A DNA stretch of 63,733 bases, filler included, from Octopus bimaculoides (GCF_001194135.2; 7 parts of 7 records of this genome joined end to end with filler, not necessarily neighbours in it); one strand, 5' to 3'. Counted from the first letter of the whole stretch, positions 12,556 through 25,568 are shown. Notes: generated by a model from the sequence alone, not told the origin. Program-made: numbers and translations.

Positions 12556-13080
12556 TTTTGGGCACCAGTATTCACCACAAAGTTTACATGTGATCCATTG
12601 CTTGCCCTTCTTTCCTTTGTAAAGCCGCCACAATCGTTCACACTTGATGCACTTGGAGTTCTCATCAGAAAACTCATCCCACCGCATGCTTCTTCTCTGG
12701 AAGTGGTTTCTTTTCCTTGACATTTTCCCATGCTACCTCTTTTGCTTTGTAGTGTTTTTGTCTTTATTTACTTCCTTCTCAGTTTCCATCTGCAAATGCA
12801 CGAGTGGGTCTTCTGTAGTAAGGACTTCACCTTGTGTAACTTCGACACATTTCCATTTTCTTTTGGAGTTATGTAAGGCATTTCTGGTTTCCTCAGTTGG
12901 ATTAGAAGCAATTGTGGCCACTATGGACAAGATTTCCGGTTTGAGAGCTGTGAGCTGCTCCGACCAACGTTGTTTGAATGCGATCCTTCAATCCTTCTCT
13001 GGCATATTATTCTTAAAACCAGTTTTCCTCTCAGTTGCGTCTAGATACGTCTTAGCTATTGTCTGAATTCCCTGTGTCCC
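12556..13080 (-). mobile_element. pogo/Tigger-like (DDE_1) transposase C-terminal remnant with PHD-like Cys cluster
   Basis: KRKWKCVEVTQGEVLTTED, acidic/basic linker, then SKCIKCERLW...WITCKLCGEYWCPK*. Confidence 0.65.
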
Positions 13081-13726
13081 ACATGGCCAAACTAAACCTA
13101 AACAAAAGCAAGAGTGCATTGACTATATTTTCCTCCTCGTTCTTCAAAGTACATTAACAAAACGGTTACAACGAATTCGTTCAGACTGGCTGATACCGTT
13201 GATTGGTTGATACCACCACACACACATAGTAGACACACCTTTATAGGCATCAAACATTCACGCTTACGCACTCATACAACTGGGACACACTCACACACAC
13301 ACACAAACGCGCCGACCATGGAGTCCAGCCACGCGATTCAAGAAATTGTCTTCCTTAATGTATCTTGGAGTCGCTGAAATTTCGATACCGCTTCTAATAA
13401 CACCATGTGACCCTTCTTGACCAAGTTTCATGAGAACGAATCAAAGCATTTTGGAAGATTACACCTGTAACTCTTATTAAATGTGTTGAGTGCCTCTTTC
13501 TTTCGTTTGCACTATGTATGTGTGTGCGTGTGTGTGTGTATATATGTTTAAGTAGGTATATATATATAAGGGGATGTTTCTATGTGGCCTGCTTGTTTGT
13601 TGCACCTTGTTTACCATTTTTGTCCTTGTTCTTTTGCCACGTCATGTACCCAGTTATGTATCTATATGTACATGTGGCTGAACGTATATACATACATGTA
13701 CATATATATGCATATACTCATATATT

Positions 13727-13784
<58 letters not shown>

Positions 13785-13939
13785 TTGTTTGTGTGTTTGT
13801 GTGTGTGTGTGTTATTGTCTGCGTGTCTGTGTGAAGGTGTGTGTAATTCCTTCAACGTTCAATATTCCATCATCTCATTCACTGGCCATACTAATCTCTT
13901 CCTTCTAATTTCTGACCCTCTTTGTCTTTGTCTGTCTCT

Positions 13940-14200
13940 CCTTGTATATGCCTGCCTACCTACCTACCTACCTACCTACCTACCTACCTGCTTATCTACC
14001 TAACTACCTACCTACCTGCCTATCTACCTACCTACCTACCTACCTACCTACCTACCTACCTACCTACCTACCTACCTACCTGCCTGCCTATCTACCTAAC
14101 TACCTACCTATCTACCTACCTATCTACCTACCGACCTACCGACCGACCGCCTGCCTGTCTGCCTGCCTGCCTGCCTACCTGCCAGTCTGTCTATCTGTCT
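13940..14200. repeat. (CTAC)n/(CTGC)n tetranucleotide microsatellite
   Basis: Directly visible; source of LPTY ORFs. Confidence 0.95.
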
Positions 14201-14348
14201 GCTTGTCTGTGCGCTTGTGTTTATTTTCATATCTATCTAATAATACTCCAAACTAGAAGAAAACTCATATTTTTAACTAACATTTTTCGAAGCCTCTGAT
14301 AGAATACATCATCATCGTTAATATCATTGTTATTCTTATAATGGAGCC

Positions 14349-14404
<56 letters not shown>

Positions 14405-14924
14405 TGTTGTTGCTATTACTGGATTTACTCTAGCACATACTTCAACTCATGTGGCAAACAGGCGTCCATTATTGAGCTGTGCTGAAAATTTTAAATTTGG
14501 TTCTGACACGGACAAGAGAGAGGGAGAGGAGGAGGGAGAGAGAGGAGACGGAGAAAAAGAGACACAGAGTGAGAGAGAGGAAGGTGGTGGGGGGGAGAGA
14601 AGAGCAGAAAAGAAAGAAATGAGCGAAAGCTTTTGTAATCTTCAAACTTGAAATCCTGAAGAAAGACGGAGTGGAAATCCTTTTGCGTCGCGATTCTTAC
14701 ATGATTTGAATAAAGAATCATTAATTAGCCATGGAACCTTGGAGCAGAGTTTTCTTTCTAAACCCATCATGTACATACATACATACGTACGCACACACAC
14801 ATGCATACATACATACATATGATATACATACGTATAAATATATGTACGTTTATGTAAATATCTGTATATAAATATATTATATATACATATATATGTATGA
14901 ATATACACACATATATAAATACAA

Positions 14925-14968
<44 letters not shown>

Positions 14969-16689
14969 CCATATAGACGTATGCATGTATGTATGTATTA
15001 TGTATGTATGTATGTATGTATGTATGTATGTACGTATGTGTGTGTGTGTGTATATGTGTGTATGTATAATTAATTCGTTTATTTATTTTGTTATATTCGT
15101 GAGAGGTTTTAGTTGTTATGTCTTCTTTTGTGGTTTTATGCGTGTGCGTATGCGTGTGCGTATGCGTGTGTATGTGTGTGTGTGTGATTGCGTGCGTGCG
15201 TGCATGCGCGCGTGGATAGTTTCTCTTCCCGCTGAAATTATTAGAATTTTTGGTAAGACACGTCTAGTCGTCTGACGGAACTATTTCATAATTGATGTTA
15301 TGCCATTGAAAACTGGTGAGACATTAAGGACCGCCAAACACTTAGAAATATCAAATGTTTTAAAAAGAAAAGGAGAGAGAGAGGGAGAGAGAAAGTAAAA
15401 GAGAGAAAGAAAGAGGGAGAACGTGAGGGGTTCTATTTTTCTTGAAATGTTTTGAAGATATAAAATATTTCCATAATATTTTGATAAATAAGTAAAAGAT
15501 TCCAACCCTAAATATTCCAGATTTTATTAAGAACAAAGAAAATAACGAAAACGAAACGAAAATATACAAACAAAAGAATTTAGTTAAAAAATTGCTAAAT
15601 ATCAAAGAAAGTTCTTTATTGTAAGAATAAACAGAATTTTACAGCCTTACCATTCCAGTTTCTGAGGATTGAACATTATAATTACCTAAAGAGACCCTAG
15701 ATATTTTCTGGTCATAAAATGGAAATAATACAAGGTTTAAGGCATTGAAATATTGAGTAAAGTATCTGAGAGATTCCAAAGAATATGGAAAAATTTATTA
15801 TAAAAGATGAGTCAGCAATTTTACTCACAGAAAAATGTTAAAGGATAAGGCTCGTACGGAAATAGAAATCACAACGAAATAGATTTACTGGAGTACACTA
15901 CCACCTCGATTTCGAGGTATTGTTATATCGTTATTGTTTCAAGAAATAGTCCACTTCCCGGTTTCTTATTTGATCTGAGACAGGATTGGAAATAAGAACG
16001 CAATAGTCCAAGACAACAAGAGAAACCGAAATCAGTGAACAACGAAACAATGTATTTGAGAATCATTAAGCCTTGTTTGATGCAGTGAATCATCCCAGCC
16101 AGTATTAAGAACTAGTTTGTTATTACCTGTTGGCTGATAACGTAGACTAGATGAATTGCTATTCAAGCTTTGTCATGGATATGAATGAACACAGAAGCAA
16201 CAGGGTAGGAAACCTACAACACAAATGGTTGTTATTCGACTTCTTACCAATATTCTCGCGATTCCACAGTATCGGAGAGAAAACAGCCATAGCTATGTCG
16301 TATAAAAATTTAACTGAAATTACTTTCTTCAAAGAAAGTCAGTTATTCGAGGTCTGATTTCGTTTTAGTTATCTCTCAGAAAAACTGAGAAACTAACCAG
16401 GATATCCTCTCTTCAATCTCATTGCATGTCATCATAGGGATGATAAAGTCAAAGAGTATGACACGGCTGCATTTTATCAGCCTAACAGGGATCCGAGCTC
16501 AGAATAAAGAGGTGCACCCAGCAGGCCATTTTTCTGTTTGTTGTTGGTGCTCTCATTTATGGATGAAGCAATTGAAGTCCTTCTCGTGAGAACTAACATT
16601 GATGTGGGTGATATTTGTGGTTGTCAACTTTTTAATGTTCCCTTTATTTTGTTTGTTTTCTTCCTCATCAGTCCCGGCACTGTAGGGGG

Positions 16690-16806
16690 TCGCTCAATAA
16701 AAACAAGAGATTTACCCAACACCGTACATCGCTGTAAAGGATGTTCTTACGTTAATAGGATTTTCTCATTTAGCTTCAAGTCGTCCCTGATCGAACAAAC
16801 CTATTA
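16690..16806 (-). mobile_element. 3' part of an RNase H-bearing non-LTR element (CCHC region), displaced by the Chapaev3 insertion
   Basis: Minus strand IGLFD...T*EHPLQRCTVLGKS resembles the IGLxD..C..C...T.EHxLxxCP zinc knuckle. Confidence 0.4.
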
Positions 16807-19407
16807 CACTCGAGAACATGGTTCTGGCTGTCAGGATGTTGGAGATATGTTTCCTATTAATTTTGGTTTGATGATTTCAAAAATGTAATCTATTTTGCTC
16901 TATCACATCAAGATTTTTAACAAACTCAAATGTTCATTTCCGGTGTTTTCACCATTTCTAAAGATAGATTTGGCTTCATCAAATGCAGACCTGTGAATGG
17001 AGCGGTCATGTTTTAAGTATCTTCAGTAAACAAAAAAAACATCAAACACGAGCAACTTACACTATTTTCAATTTCACCAGTTTCAAATGTCAGGGTTATG
17101 ACAGTTCTGTCCATTATACAATTTGATGTTTCTAAACAACTCATTTTTGTGGTCCATGAAATCATACATGTCTCATATTTGTTGCCAACGCTGCGCTTGA
17201 TTTAGTGTGTCTGTCATTGCAAACCAGACGAGACATGTTTTGTTGTACCTTTAACTATTTCGTATGAAAACTGTTATTTTCTATGCATTTTTAATGTTCT
17301 AACTGTAAGGCCACGTGGATCAAAGTCACTTTTAGTCAAGCATGGTCAAAGAACTGGAGAAAACAGCTTCATGGGCTGCATGCTCTTTATGGAACTTAGC
17401 CATCACAAACCTGCATTTGCTTACTTTATAATTACTGACAATTCTAAAAAATGTTTTTTCCAGGTGACAACAGGCTTGAATATATGTTTTGTATTCCTGA
17501 AATATGGCCAGTTGTGAGAGGAAAAAATATCAAAAACAGTCCCGGTGCCTTCTGCTATATTTGTGGATGTTGCACTTTACATAGGCAGTGAAACAAAATC
17601 TGTGATTTTGTAAAGAACGCTTATTTTACTTACTTTAGAATGAAACTCGGTGATCAAGACAAAGCCTGGGCACCTCATTTCGTGCGTAATACATGTGCTG
17701 AAACATTGAGACAGTGAACAAAAAGCCAAAGAAATTACCCAAGCTTTCGCATTTCTATGATGTAGAGGGAAGCACAAAATCATCATGACGACTGTTACTT
17801 TTGCATTATTAATATATCAGGCTTCAGTTTTAAGACTAAGTATCACATCGTTTATTCAAATCCGGCATCTGCTATTCAACCTGTGCCATACTCGAACGAT
17901 TTGCTGTCACCAGACTTGATGTCCTTTGTTGGTGATTGTGAAGATGAGAATGAAGAGATAGAGTATGATGACCTGGAAGGCGAGAACTATGAGGGTCAGA
18001 AGGCTCTGGCCAAACTTTTTAAACAGGCAGAATTAAATGATTTAGCTAATGATTCAGATTTATCAGAGAAAGCTACGTAACTGCTTAGATCACGTTTAAA
18101 ATAAAAGAACCTGCTTGCATCGGGAACCAAGTTCACCTTTTATTGGCATCGAGAGAATGATTTACCTCCATTCTTTGGCATGCATGATGATTTTGTTTAT
18201 TACAATGATGTTAAATGCCTCATGGCTGCAATTGTTTGTGAGCACAATCCAAAAAGACAGGGGGCTTTACGTAGGCAGCTCAAGATCTAGTCTTAAATGT
18301 CCACTTCTGCATAATGGCAATGAGCTTATTTGTATATTGATTGGACATTCTGTAACGTTAGAGGAAAACTACAGCTGTATGAAAATACTGCTCGAAAAGA
18401 TGCGGTATGAGGAGTACAACCAGACTGTATGTGGATTGGCTCTTGGTTTACAAGATGGTTTTACCAAGCATCCTTACCTTTTGAGTCTACAGTCGAACAA
18501 AAAGTGATCAATGGATCCGAAAGACATAGTCAGACAGAAAGGAAGTCAAAATTGAGAAGTAGAATGTTTTAAACAGATCGCTGGCTAATCACAGGAAGAT
18601 TTTACTTCCCACTTCGCTTATCAAATTGGGTTGATTAGGTAGTTTGTGAAAGCCTTGGACAAGGATTGCAATGTTTCCAGCTTTGTCTTGTGAGAAAATT
18701 AAGCTTGGTGTGTTTGACAGGCTACAAATTAGGCGGCTATTGCAGGATGAACAGTTTTGGCAGACAATGCATGGCGTTGAAAAAGAAGCGAGGAATGCTT
18801 TTCGGTGGTTGTATCTGATTTCCTAGGAAACAGGAAGTCATCAAATTATGATGAACTTGTGCAGACCCTGTTTCGAGTATTGGACTGTAACATATGCATT
18901 TCCGGCACAATCATCTGGACAACTTCTCTGAAAGTCTTGGTGTAGTGAGTGATGAGAAAAGAGAAAGTTTCCACCAAGACACCAAGGCCATGGGGACCAG
19001 ATATCAAGGCAGGTGGAATGCAAGAATTAATGGCTGACTACTGCAAAGTGACTGTCGCGATGCAAGTTACTCATACAAAGCAACAAAGAGAAAGTTCACT
19101 CCTTGAGTAGCTGAAACTCCAGCTTGATAGAAATATCTATCCTAAGGTGTGTAATGAAAAGTTTTGGGAAATATATTTGTTAAACAATAAAAAGTACTGC
19201 TTGATTTATAATAGCTTCGTATTGCATTTAATGACTAAATTGACTTTTCTTGGTAAAAGATGAATTGAAGTTTAACAACAAAAAACAAACAAATTTAACG
19301 TGATAGAAAATTTCTGAGGGCCTTCTGAACTAAGCTTCATCAAATTAGGTAGGACTAATTGTAAAATGCAAGACAGCAAAGCATTTTCTTGAAAATGTTC
19401 CCTAGTG
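16807..19407 (+). mobile_element. Full-length Chapaev3-type (CMC superfamily) DNA transposon, decayed
   Basis: TIRs CACTCGAGAACAT / ATGTTCCCTAGTG (11 of 13 match); TTA on both flanks (16804-16806, 19408-19410); subterminal inverted motif tctatcac(a/g)t; internal transposase motifs. Confidence 0.9.
17504..19106 (+). pseudogene. Chapaev3-type transposase pseudogene
   Basis: Motifs in order: AFCYICG, KLGDQDKAWAPH, NHHDDCYFC, FKQAELND, SSLKCPLLHNGN, GHSVTLEENY, GFTKHP, IKLG, FLGNRKS, VSDEKRESFHQD, RYQGRW, MADYC; many stops and frameshifts. Confidence 0.9.
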
Positions 19408-19410
19408 TTA

Positions 19411-19850
19411 TCAAAGGAATCCAGCCATGATCATCACATCATGCATATATGTTAAAGAGCTCTCTCTTTTTTGTCAATAGAACCAGCAATTCTACATTAT
19501 TCTTTTTACACTAATCCGATGTTTGCCTGCCATCTTGTTAGCTCTGTACGATGTCTCTCTATCAATGTTGCAATGGTCACTTGATTTTGGAAAGTCCAGA
19601 TTCAAAGAGCTTCCAATATTTCTCTTCGTGCTTAATTTCAAGCATCAGCAGTAGAATTCACCTCAAGATTTTGGTAAAAGTTTAAAGAAATTCTTCATCA
19701 TTCTGAAGAATTTTACTGCCTTGTATTGCCGCGAAATCTCGCGGCTTTCTCATTCCCCTTGATCATGCAATCTTCTGGCATCCATAGTAACAAGATTATG
19801 CTATCTTTCAGGAAATTTATCTTCCTAAAGATGTTGTACGTTGAATTCTA
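19411..19850 (-). mobile_element. Degenerate non-LTR retrotransposon RNase H region (I/R1/LOA group)
   Basis: Minus strand IILLLWMPEDCMIKGNEKAA matches the RNase H motif WVPGHxGIxGNExAD. Confidence 0.55.
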
Positions 19851-20119
19851 AATTAATTTGCTCTTCGACTATGACTCAGAATATACAGAAAGAATTTAGT
19901 ATTGGTTTCTATGACTCCCTTGTGACAGTTTGAATTCAGTTAAAACCAGATTAGTTCTACTTTCATAGTTCCAACAAACGTCACTTCTCATACAACTTCA
20001 GCCTACCATATATGACTACATTATGTCATTACCAGTTTAGTATTAGGGCTGCTATTCTCTGATTAAGATGTACAACGAAAGGCATTCGAACTATGACTGT
20101 ACTGTTAATTTGCCAAGCT

Positions 20120-20720
20120 AGTATGTGTCTCTATATATATACTTCCTGTGAGTACATTTTTACTTTAGTAACCAACGTTAATTTGTTTACCTGCATTTAA
20201 GTTTTCTCCGTTAACATACGTTTAACCTTTGATATTTATGTAAATATTTTGTTTTTCTTTACATAGAGCTTTTAGATAATTTATTTCTTTAATACCTTGA
20301 TCCCGCCTCCTAACTATACCCTCTTGTTAATAATTTGTAGTATTCTCTAGTCTTTTAATTAGTTCACTCTCTCATCTACGCTCTTTGAGCCCTAATGGTA
20401 AATAACTATGTGCACTTAACATATTGGGCTTCTAGACTTTTTGTCTATGCCAGCCTTTCTTTCCTTTTCCTTCTTCCTTTTGTTTATACTGTATGCTCTT
20501 GTTTTTCACTGATGAAGATCCGTTGCCTTAATTTGAATGCCCTATGAAGATGAAGAATTTTATTCTCACATTTATGTGTAGACTGCATTCTGGTATTTTG
20601 ATCAGAAACAGCTGTTAGATTTGTATTGTCTTGCATTGTATCAATAAATATGCGCTGATTAATCTATGTTTTTCTCCATTTTTTAATTGTATTGGTTCCT
20701 GATAAACTTTTGTTTATCTT
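20120..20720 (+). mobile_element. Penelope-like element tail / pseudo-LTR remnant
   Basis: AT-rich tail containing CTGATGAAGATC...GATCAGAAACAGCTGT, a decayed hammerhead core of the kind found in PLE ends. Confidence 0.45.
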
Positions 20721-20857
20721 GTTGTTACCTACGCTTGATGTATATGGTGTCTCTGCACACCATTGCTCGGGTTAACACAGGTAACGGATACTGATAGTAT
20801 ATACGGATATTTTATCCCTTAGTCGGTCACTACAACCGCTAACTCTATTATGATAGA

Positions 20858-21413
20858 GGATACACGAAGAATCACCTTGCTAGATATGAGAGTTAAAAAC
20901 CTCAAATAAGCCACCAATCACACTGAAAAACAGAAGGGACCAGCAGAAATCGGACAAACGAACAAAAGTTTGAGAAACTTAGTAAAGTTTAAGAATAGTT
21001 TAAGAATAGAATTATAATGAATAGAGAATAGAATTATAAAGTTTAAGAATAGAATTATAATGGAAGGTACACGAAGTACCACCTTGCTAGATATAAGGTT
21101 TAAAACCTCGATTAAGCCACGATTCACACTGAAAACCATAACGGACCAACAGAAATCGGGCAAACGAGCAAAAATTTAACAAACTCAGCTTAAAGCTGTA
21201 AAATAAGGTAATTGATATACCTGGATCATGATTTCGAATTCTGGGCTAAGCCTCAATTCCTCTCTGAATCCGTTACGCATTGAATAGTTCCGCGCCAAAT
21301 TCAAAACAATTTCAGTGCATAATATGTTTTTTTCCGTGTGATTGATGGCTTATTTGAGGTTTTTAACACTTATATCTTGCGAGCTGATACTTCGTGTACC
21401 TTCCTTCCATTAT
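20858..21413. repeat. Three copies of a ~100-150 bp unit: two direct (~20858, ~21055) and one inverted (~21325-21413)
   Basis: Shared core tacacgaag...gctagatat...aaaacctc(a/g)a(a/t)taagcca...tcacactgaaaa and its reverse complement. Confidence 0.85.
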
Positions 21414-21514
21414 ATTTTTATTGCATAGCAATTTAATGCTATTATTGCTTGCTGGCCACCAGTATTATTATTGTTGTTATTATCAATTATTTATATTTAC
21501 AACTGTTTTACTCT

Positions 21515-21590
21515 TTTACTCTTTTACTTGTTTCAGTCATTTGACTGCGGCCATGCTGGAACACCGCCTTTAGTCGAGCAAATCGACCCC
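21515..21590 (-). mobile_element. SINE family B 3' end
   Basis: cttgtttcagtcatttgactgcggccatgctggaacaccgcctttagtcgagcaaatcgacccc. Confidence 0.85.
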
Positions 21591-21704
21591 NNNNNNNNNN
21601 GTTTTCGTTATGTATTTGTCTGAATATTTTTTTATTATACCTAAGGCACCTACTATGATAGGAATTGTTTCTGTTTTTAGATTCCACATAATAATAATAA
21701 TGGT

Positions 21705-21810
21705 TTCAGATTTTGCCACAAGGGTAGCAATTTTGAGGGAGAGGATGAGTCGATTACATCGACCCCAGTGTTCAACCGGTAGTTAGTTTATCGACCTCGA
21801 AAGGATGAAA
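21705..21810 (-). mobile_element. SINE family A 3' part
   Basis: gtcgattacatcgaccccagtg...tttatcgacctcgaaaggatgaaa. Confidence 0.8.
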
Positions 21811-21816
21811 TAATAG

Positions 21817-21858
<42 letters not shown>

Positions 21859-21868
21859 NNNNNNNNNN

Positions 21869-21905
<37 letters not shown>

Positions 21906-22542
21906 TAAAAATAATATCTATGTGAATATTAATTTGAATATTTACTCATTTTTTATGTGTATGTGTGTATAATATGTATGTATGTATGCATGTATTCTTG
22001 TTTTGTATGAGTGTGTGTGCCTTTACTACTTGACAACTGGTGCTGGTTTGTTTACATCTTCGTAACTTAAAACAGTCTTTAAATAGTGAAGTCGATTTGC
22101 CCGACTAAGGCTAGTGATATGCGAATGTTTCAAAATCTGCCCTTTCTGAAACAACTCACATTCTTACAAAAGATACTTTCTGTCTAAAGCATTTTATTAA
22201 GGCGTAACTGCTAACATGAAAAAGAAAAACTAAACCGAAATAAAATAGTATTTTGTATCCATGTGTGCAATACAGAAACAATGTAATCCAGCATTTGGAA
22301 ACAAGAAGAAATATTGTCTATTTTCTTCGAAAGATATTGGCTTATCTTTCCTTTATTTCAGACTAGAAGCGAAGATGTTGAGTTGAAAAATATGCCATAA
22401 AGCCCCTTGATAAGAGACCAAAATGAAAACGTGAAATTCAATTTTACATGCCAAACACATCATACAAAGGATATATTTCCATTTATTTTTCTATCGTAAA
22501 CACGATTAGAATCGATAATCTCTTTTTCTCTCTCGTTCTCCC

Positions 22543-22577
<35 letters not shown>

Positions 22578-23144
22578 TCCTCTCTCTCTCTCTCTCTCTC
22601 TCTTATTGTTCAAATGTAATCTCTGACTGTGTGGTGTCTACACTTACTCAACCAGGTGTGGTTGAGTGAGTTAAAAAGTTTACTTGGTAATCATGAATGC
22701 CAAGTTTAATCTTAATCCGCAGCATCTTGGAAAAATGTCCCCTGCCGTAACCTTTCTGACCATTCAAGCTATACGAAAGAAATTCGGTTTTGTATGCACA
22801 GTAAAAGACTATAAATGTTACATGAAATTTGTAAGGCAAGCTCTAGGAAACGAAAAAGTAATAATACTAATGAGCCTATTTTATACAGTACTGAGGTTCT
22901 CTACAACTCCTCAGAAAAGTTTAAATGACGGGAGAGAACAGACAAATAAGTCAAGTAAAGAAAGACAGCAATGAATGCTAGAGAGTAGATACACAGTACA
23001 TAGAATAAAACATAAAAACGATAGAAAAGTAAAGCGGAATGGGTGCATAGGTACGACAGGAGTTTCAATTGTTTAAAGACATTTAGTCATGCAATAAGCA
23101 TACGTACACGTATATTTTTATATATATTTGCATGTGTTTTTTTC

Positions 23145-23345
23145 ACTCTTCTCTTTTAGTTGTTTCAGCAATTAGGCTACGGCCATGCTGGTGCACCACT
23201 TTGAAGAACATTTAGTCGAATGAATCGACCTCAGTATTTTTTTAAGCCTGGTACTTATTCTATTGGTCTCTTTTGCTGAACCGCTGTATTATGGGGGACA
23301 TAAACACACCAACACCGGATGTCAAGTGGTAGAGATGGGAGACAA
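23145..23345 (-). mobile_element. SINE family B 3' module followed by (CA)n
   Basis: ggccatgctggtgcaccac...gtacttattctattggtctcttttgctgaaccgct. Confidence 0.8.
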
Positions 23346-23375
23346 TTACAAACAGAAAAACACACAGAGATATAG

Positions 23376-23427
<52 letters not shown>

Positions 23428-23899
23428 ACATACATACACATACACATACACATAGATATATTAAGTTTCTAATAGTCACTAAAAAGATAAGATTATCTAG
23501 CCTCAAAGCCGTTGTTTATTGGGTTGTTTGTAAACTAACAAGAAAATCTGTTAGACCCGTAACTTCGAGGTTCGTGAGATGAAATTTTAAAAACGCAACG
23601 TGCCAGGAATAAGGATCGTGTTATTATTATTCTTGGTATTAAGAAAGCACTAACTTGAGGTTGTAGTATATGCCTGTTCACCTGTAACAGCGACAAGAAC
23701 CACACCTATGTAGATGTAGAAACAACACCACAAAAATAACCTGAGGTGGAATCTATAGAAATATATTCATAGGCTGCGGCTGAAGAAAAAAAAAAGAATA
23801 TCAAAGAACTGCATCAAGAATAAATGTACCAAAAGCAGGAACAACGAAATTAAGAATAGCAAAACCAAAAAGAAAAAAAATATATATCAGTGACGTTAA

Positions 23900-24027
23900 C
23901 AATAACAACGACAGCTGCATATCTTGTAGCATAGACCGCAACAGCTGTGACAACAATAGCAACAACAACATAGACGACATTTTCTACAGCAATCGAGACG
24001 ATACACTTCCTTCTCCACCTCTTACCC

Positions 24028-24121
<94 letters not shown>

Positions 24122-24188
24122 GAATAATAATTATAATAAGAAGAATAATAGCAACAACAACAACAGCAACAACAACAACAACAACAAC

Positions 24189-24232
<44 letters not shown>

Positions 24233-24345
24233 TGATGATAGCAACAACTAACAATACTATTTATAATAATAAAATGAGGATGATGGTAATAACAACAGTT
24301 GTTATCATCATTACCATCATTGTTATTATTATTATTATTATTATT

Positions 24346-24399
<54 letters not shown>

Positions 24400-24447
24400 A
24401 TGTCATTGTTACTGCAATTGTTGTTATGACTCTTATTTACATTGGTG

Positions 24448-24523
<76 letters not shown>

Positions 24524-24660
24524 TATTATTGTTATTAATATCATCATCTTTGTAATCACCACTACCCCCACTACCATCGCCAACACCACCACCGCCACCA
24601 CCATCATCATCATCATCATCATCATCACCATATTCTTCGTCGTCATCATTATCAGTACTC
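23900..24660. repeat. Compound trinucleotide cluster (CTA)(GCT)(AAC)(AAT)(ATT)(GTA)(CAT)
   Basis: Directly visible. Confidence 0.95.
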
Positions 24661-25050
24661 TATCAATTCTCATCCGGATCTGTTCTTGCCATTTACAAAA
24701 TGTTCGCCGTAAATACAGGCTCCATCACCATCTCTAGAGTATAATTAAAGTTTCGTTCTTATTCTTCAACACTGAAAATATACATACAGCAAAGTCTATG
24801 CCACCCACCCACCCACCTCTCATGCGCTTCTACACACTGAATTACATAGCAGGCGAGCGGAAATGAGATATTGAAACTGGTTCAATATGGCCGCCACTGT
24901 TGTTGCAACTAGTCTTATCTGTGAAATTGGTTGACATAATAGATGAAGGCATAGATAGAACAGTGGACAGACAGACAGACAGACTGATAGACAGACAGAC
25001 AGACAGACAAGCATACAGAAAGACACACAGACAAACAGATAGATAGATAA

Positions 25051-25117
<67 letters not shown>

Positions 25118-25475
25118 TAACGACGACAGTCTGATAGGTAAGTAGATCAGTAGATAGACAGAGGGATGGACAGATAGATAAATATATTCATACATATAAA
25201 CATGCATATATACATATATGCATACATATATATGTGTGTGTGTNNNNNNNNNNNNNNNNNNNNNNNNNNNNNNNNNNNNNNNNNNNNNNNNNNNNNNNNN
25301 NNNNNNNNNNNNNNNNNNNNNNNNNNNNNNNNNNNNNNNNNNNNNNNNNNNNNNNNNNNNNNNNNNNNNNNNNNNNNNNNNNNNNNNNNNNNNNNNNNNN
25401 NNNNNNNNNNNNNNNNNNNNNNNNNNNNNNNNNNNNNNNNNNNNNNNNNNNNNNNNNNNNNNNNNNNNNNNNNNN

Positions 25476-25518
<43 letters not shown>

Positions 25519-25537
25519 CATATTTATATACACACAG

Positions 25538-25568
<31 letters not shown>

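Noticed and set aside
20858-21413. CRISPR-like repeat-spacer array
   Set aside because: Units are long, divergent and partly inverted; the context is eukaryotic and there are no cas genes
22684-22974. 96-aa non-repetitive ORF
   Set aside because: TTG start, no recognisable motif, and a length within chance for this window
23656-23677. let-7-like TGAGGTTGTAG
   Set aside because: Seed mismatch, a divergent 3' half and no precursor hairpin
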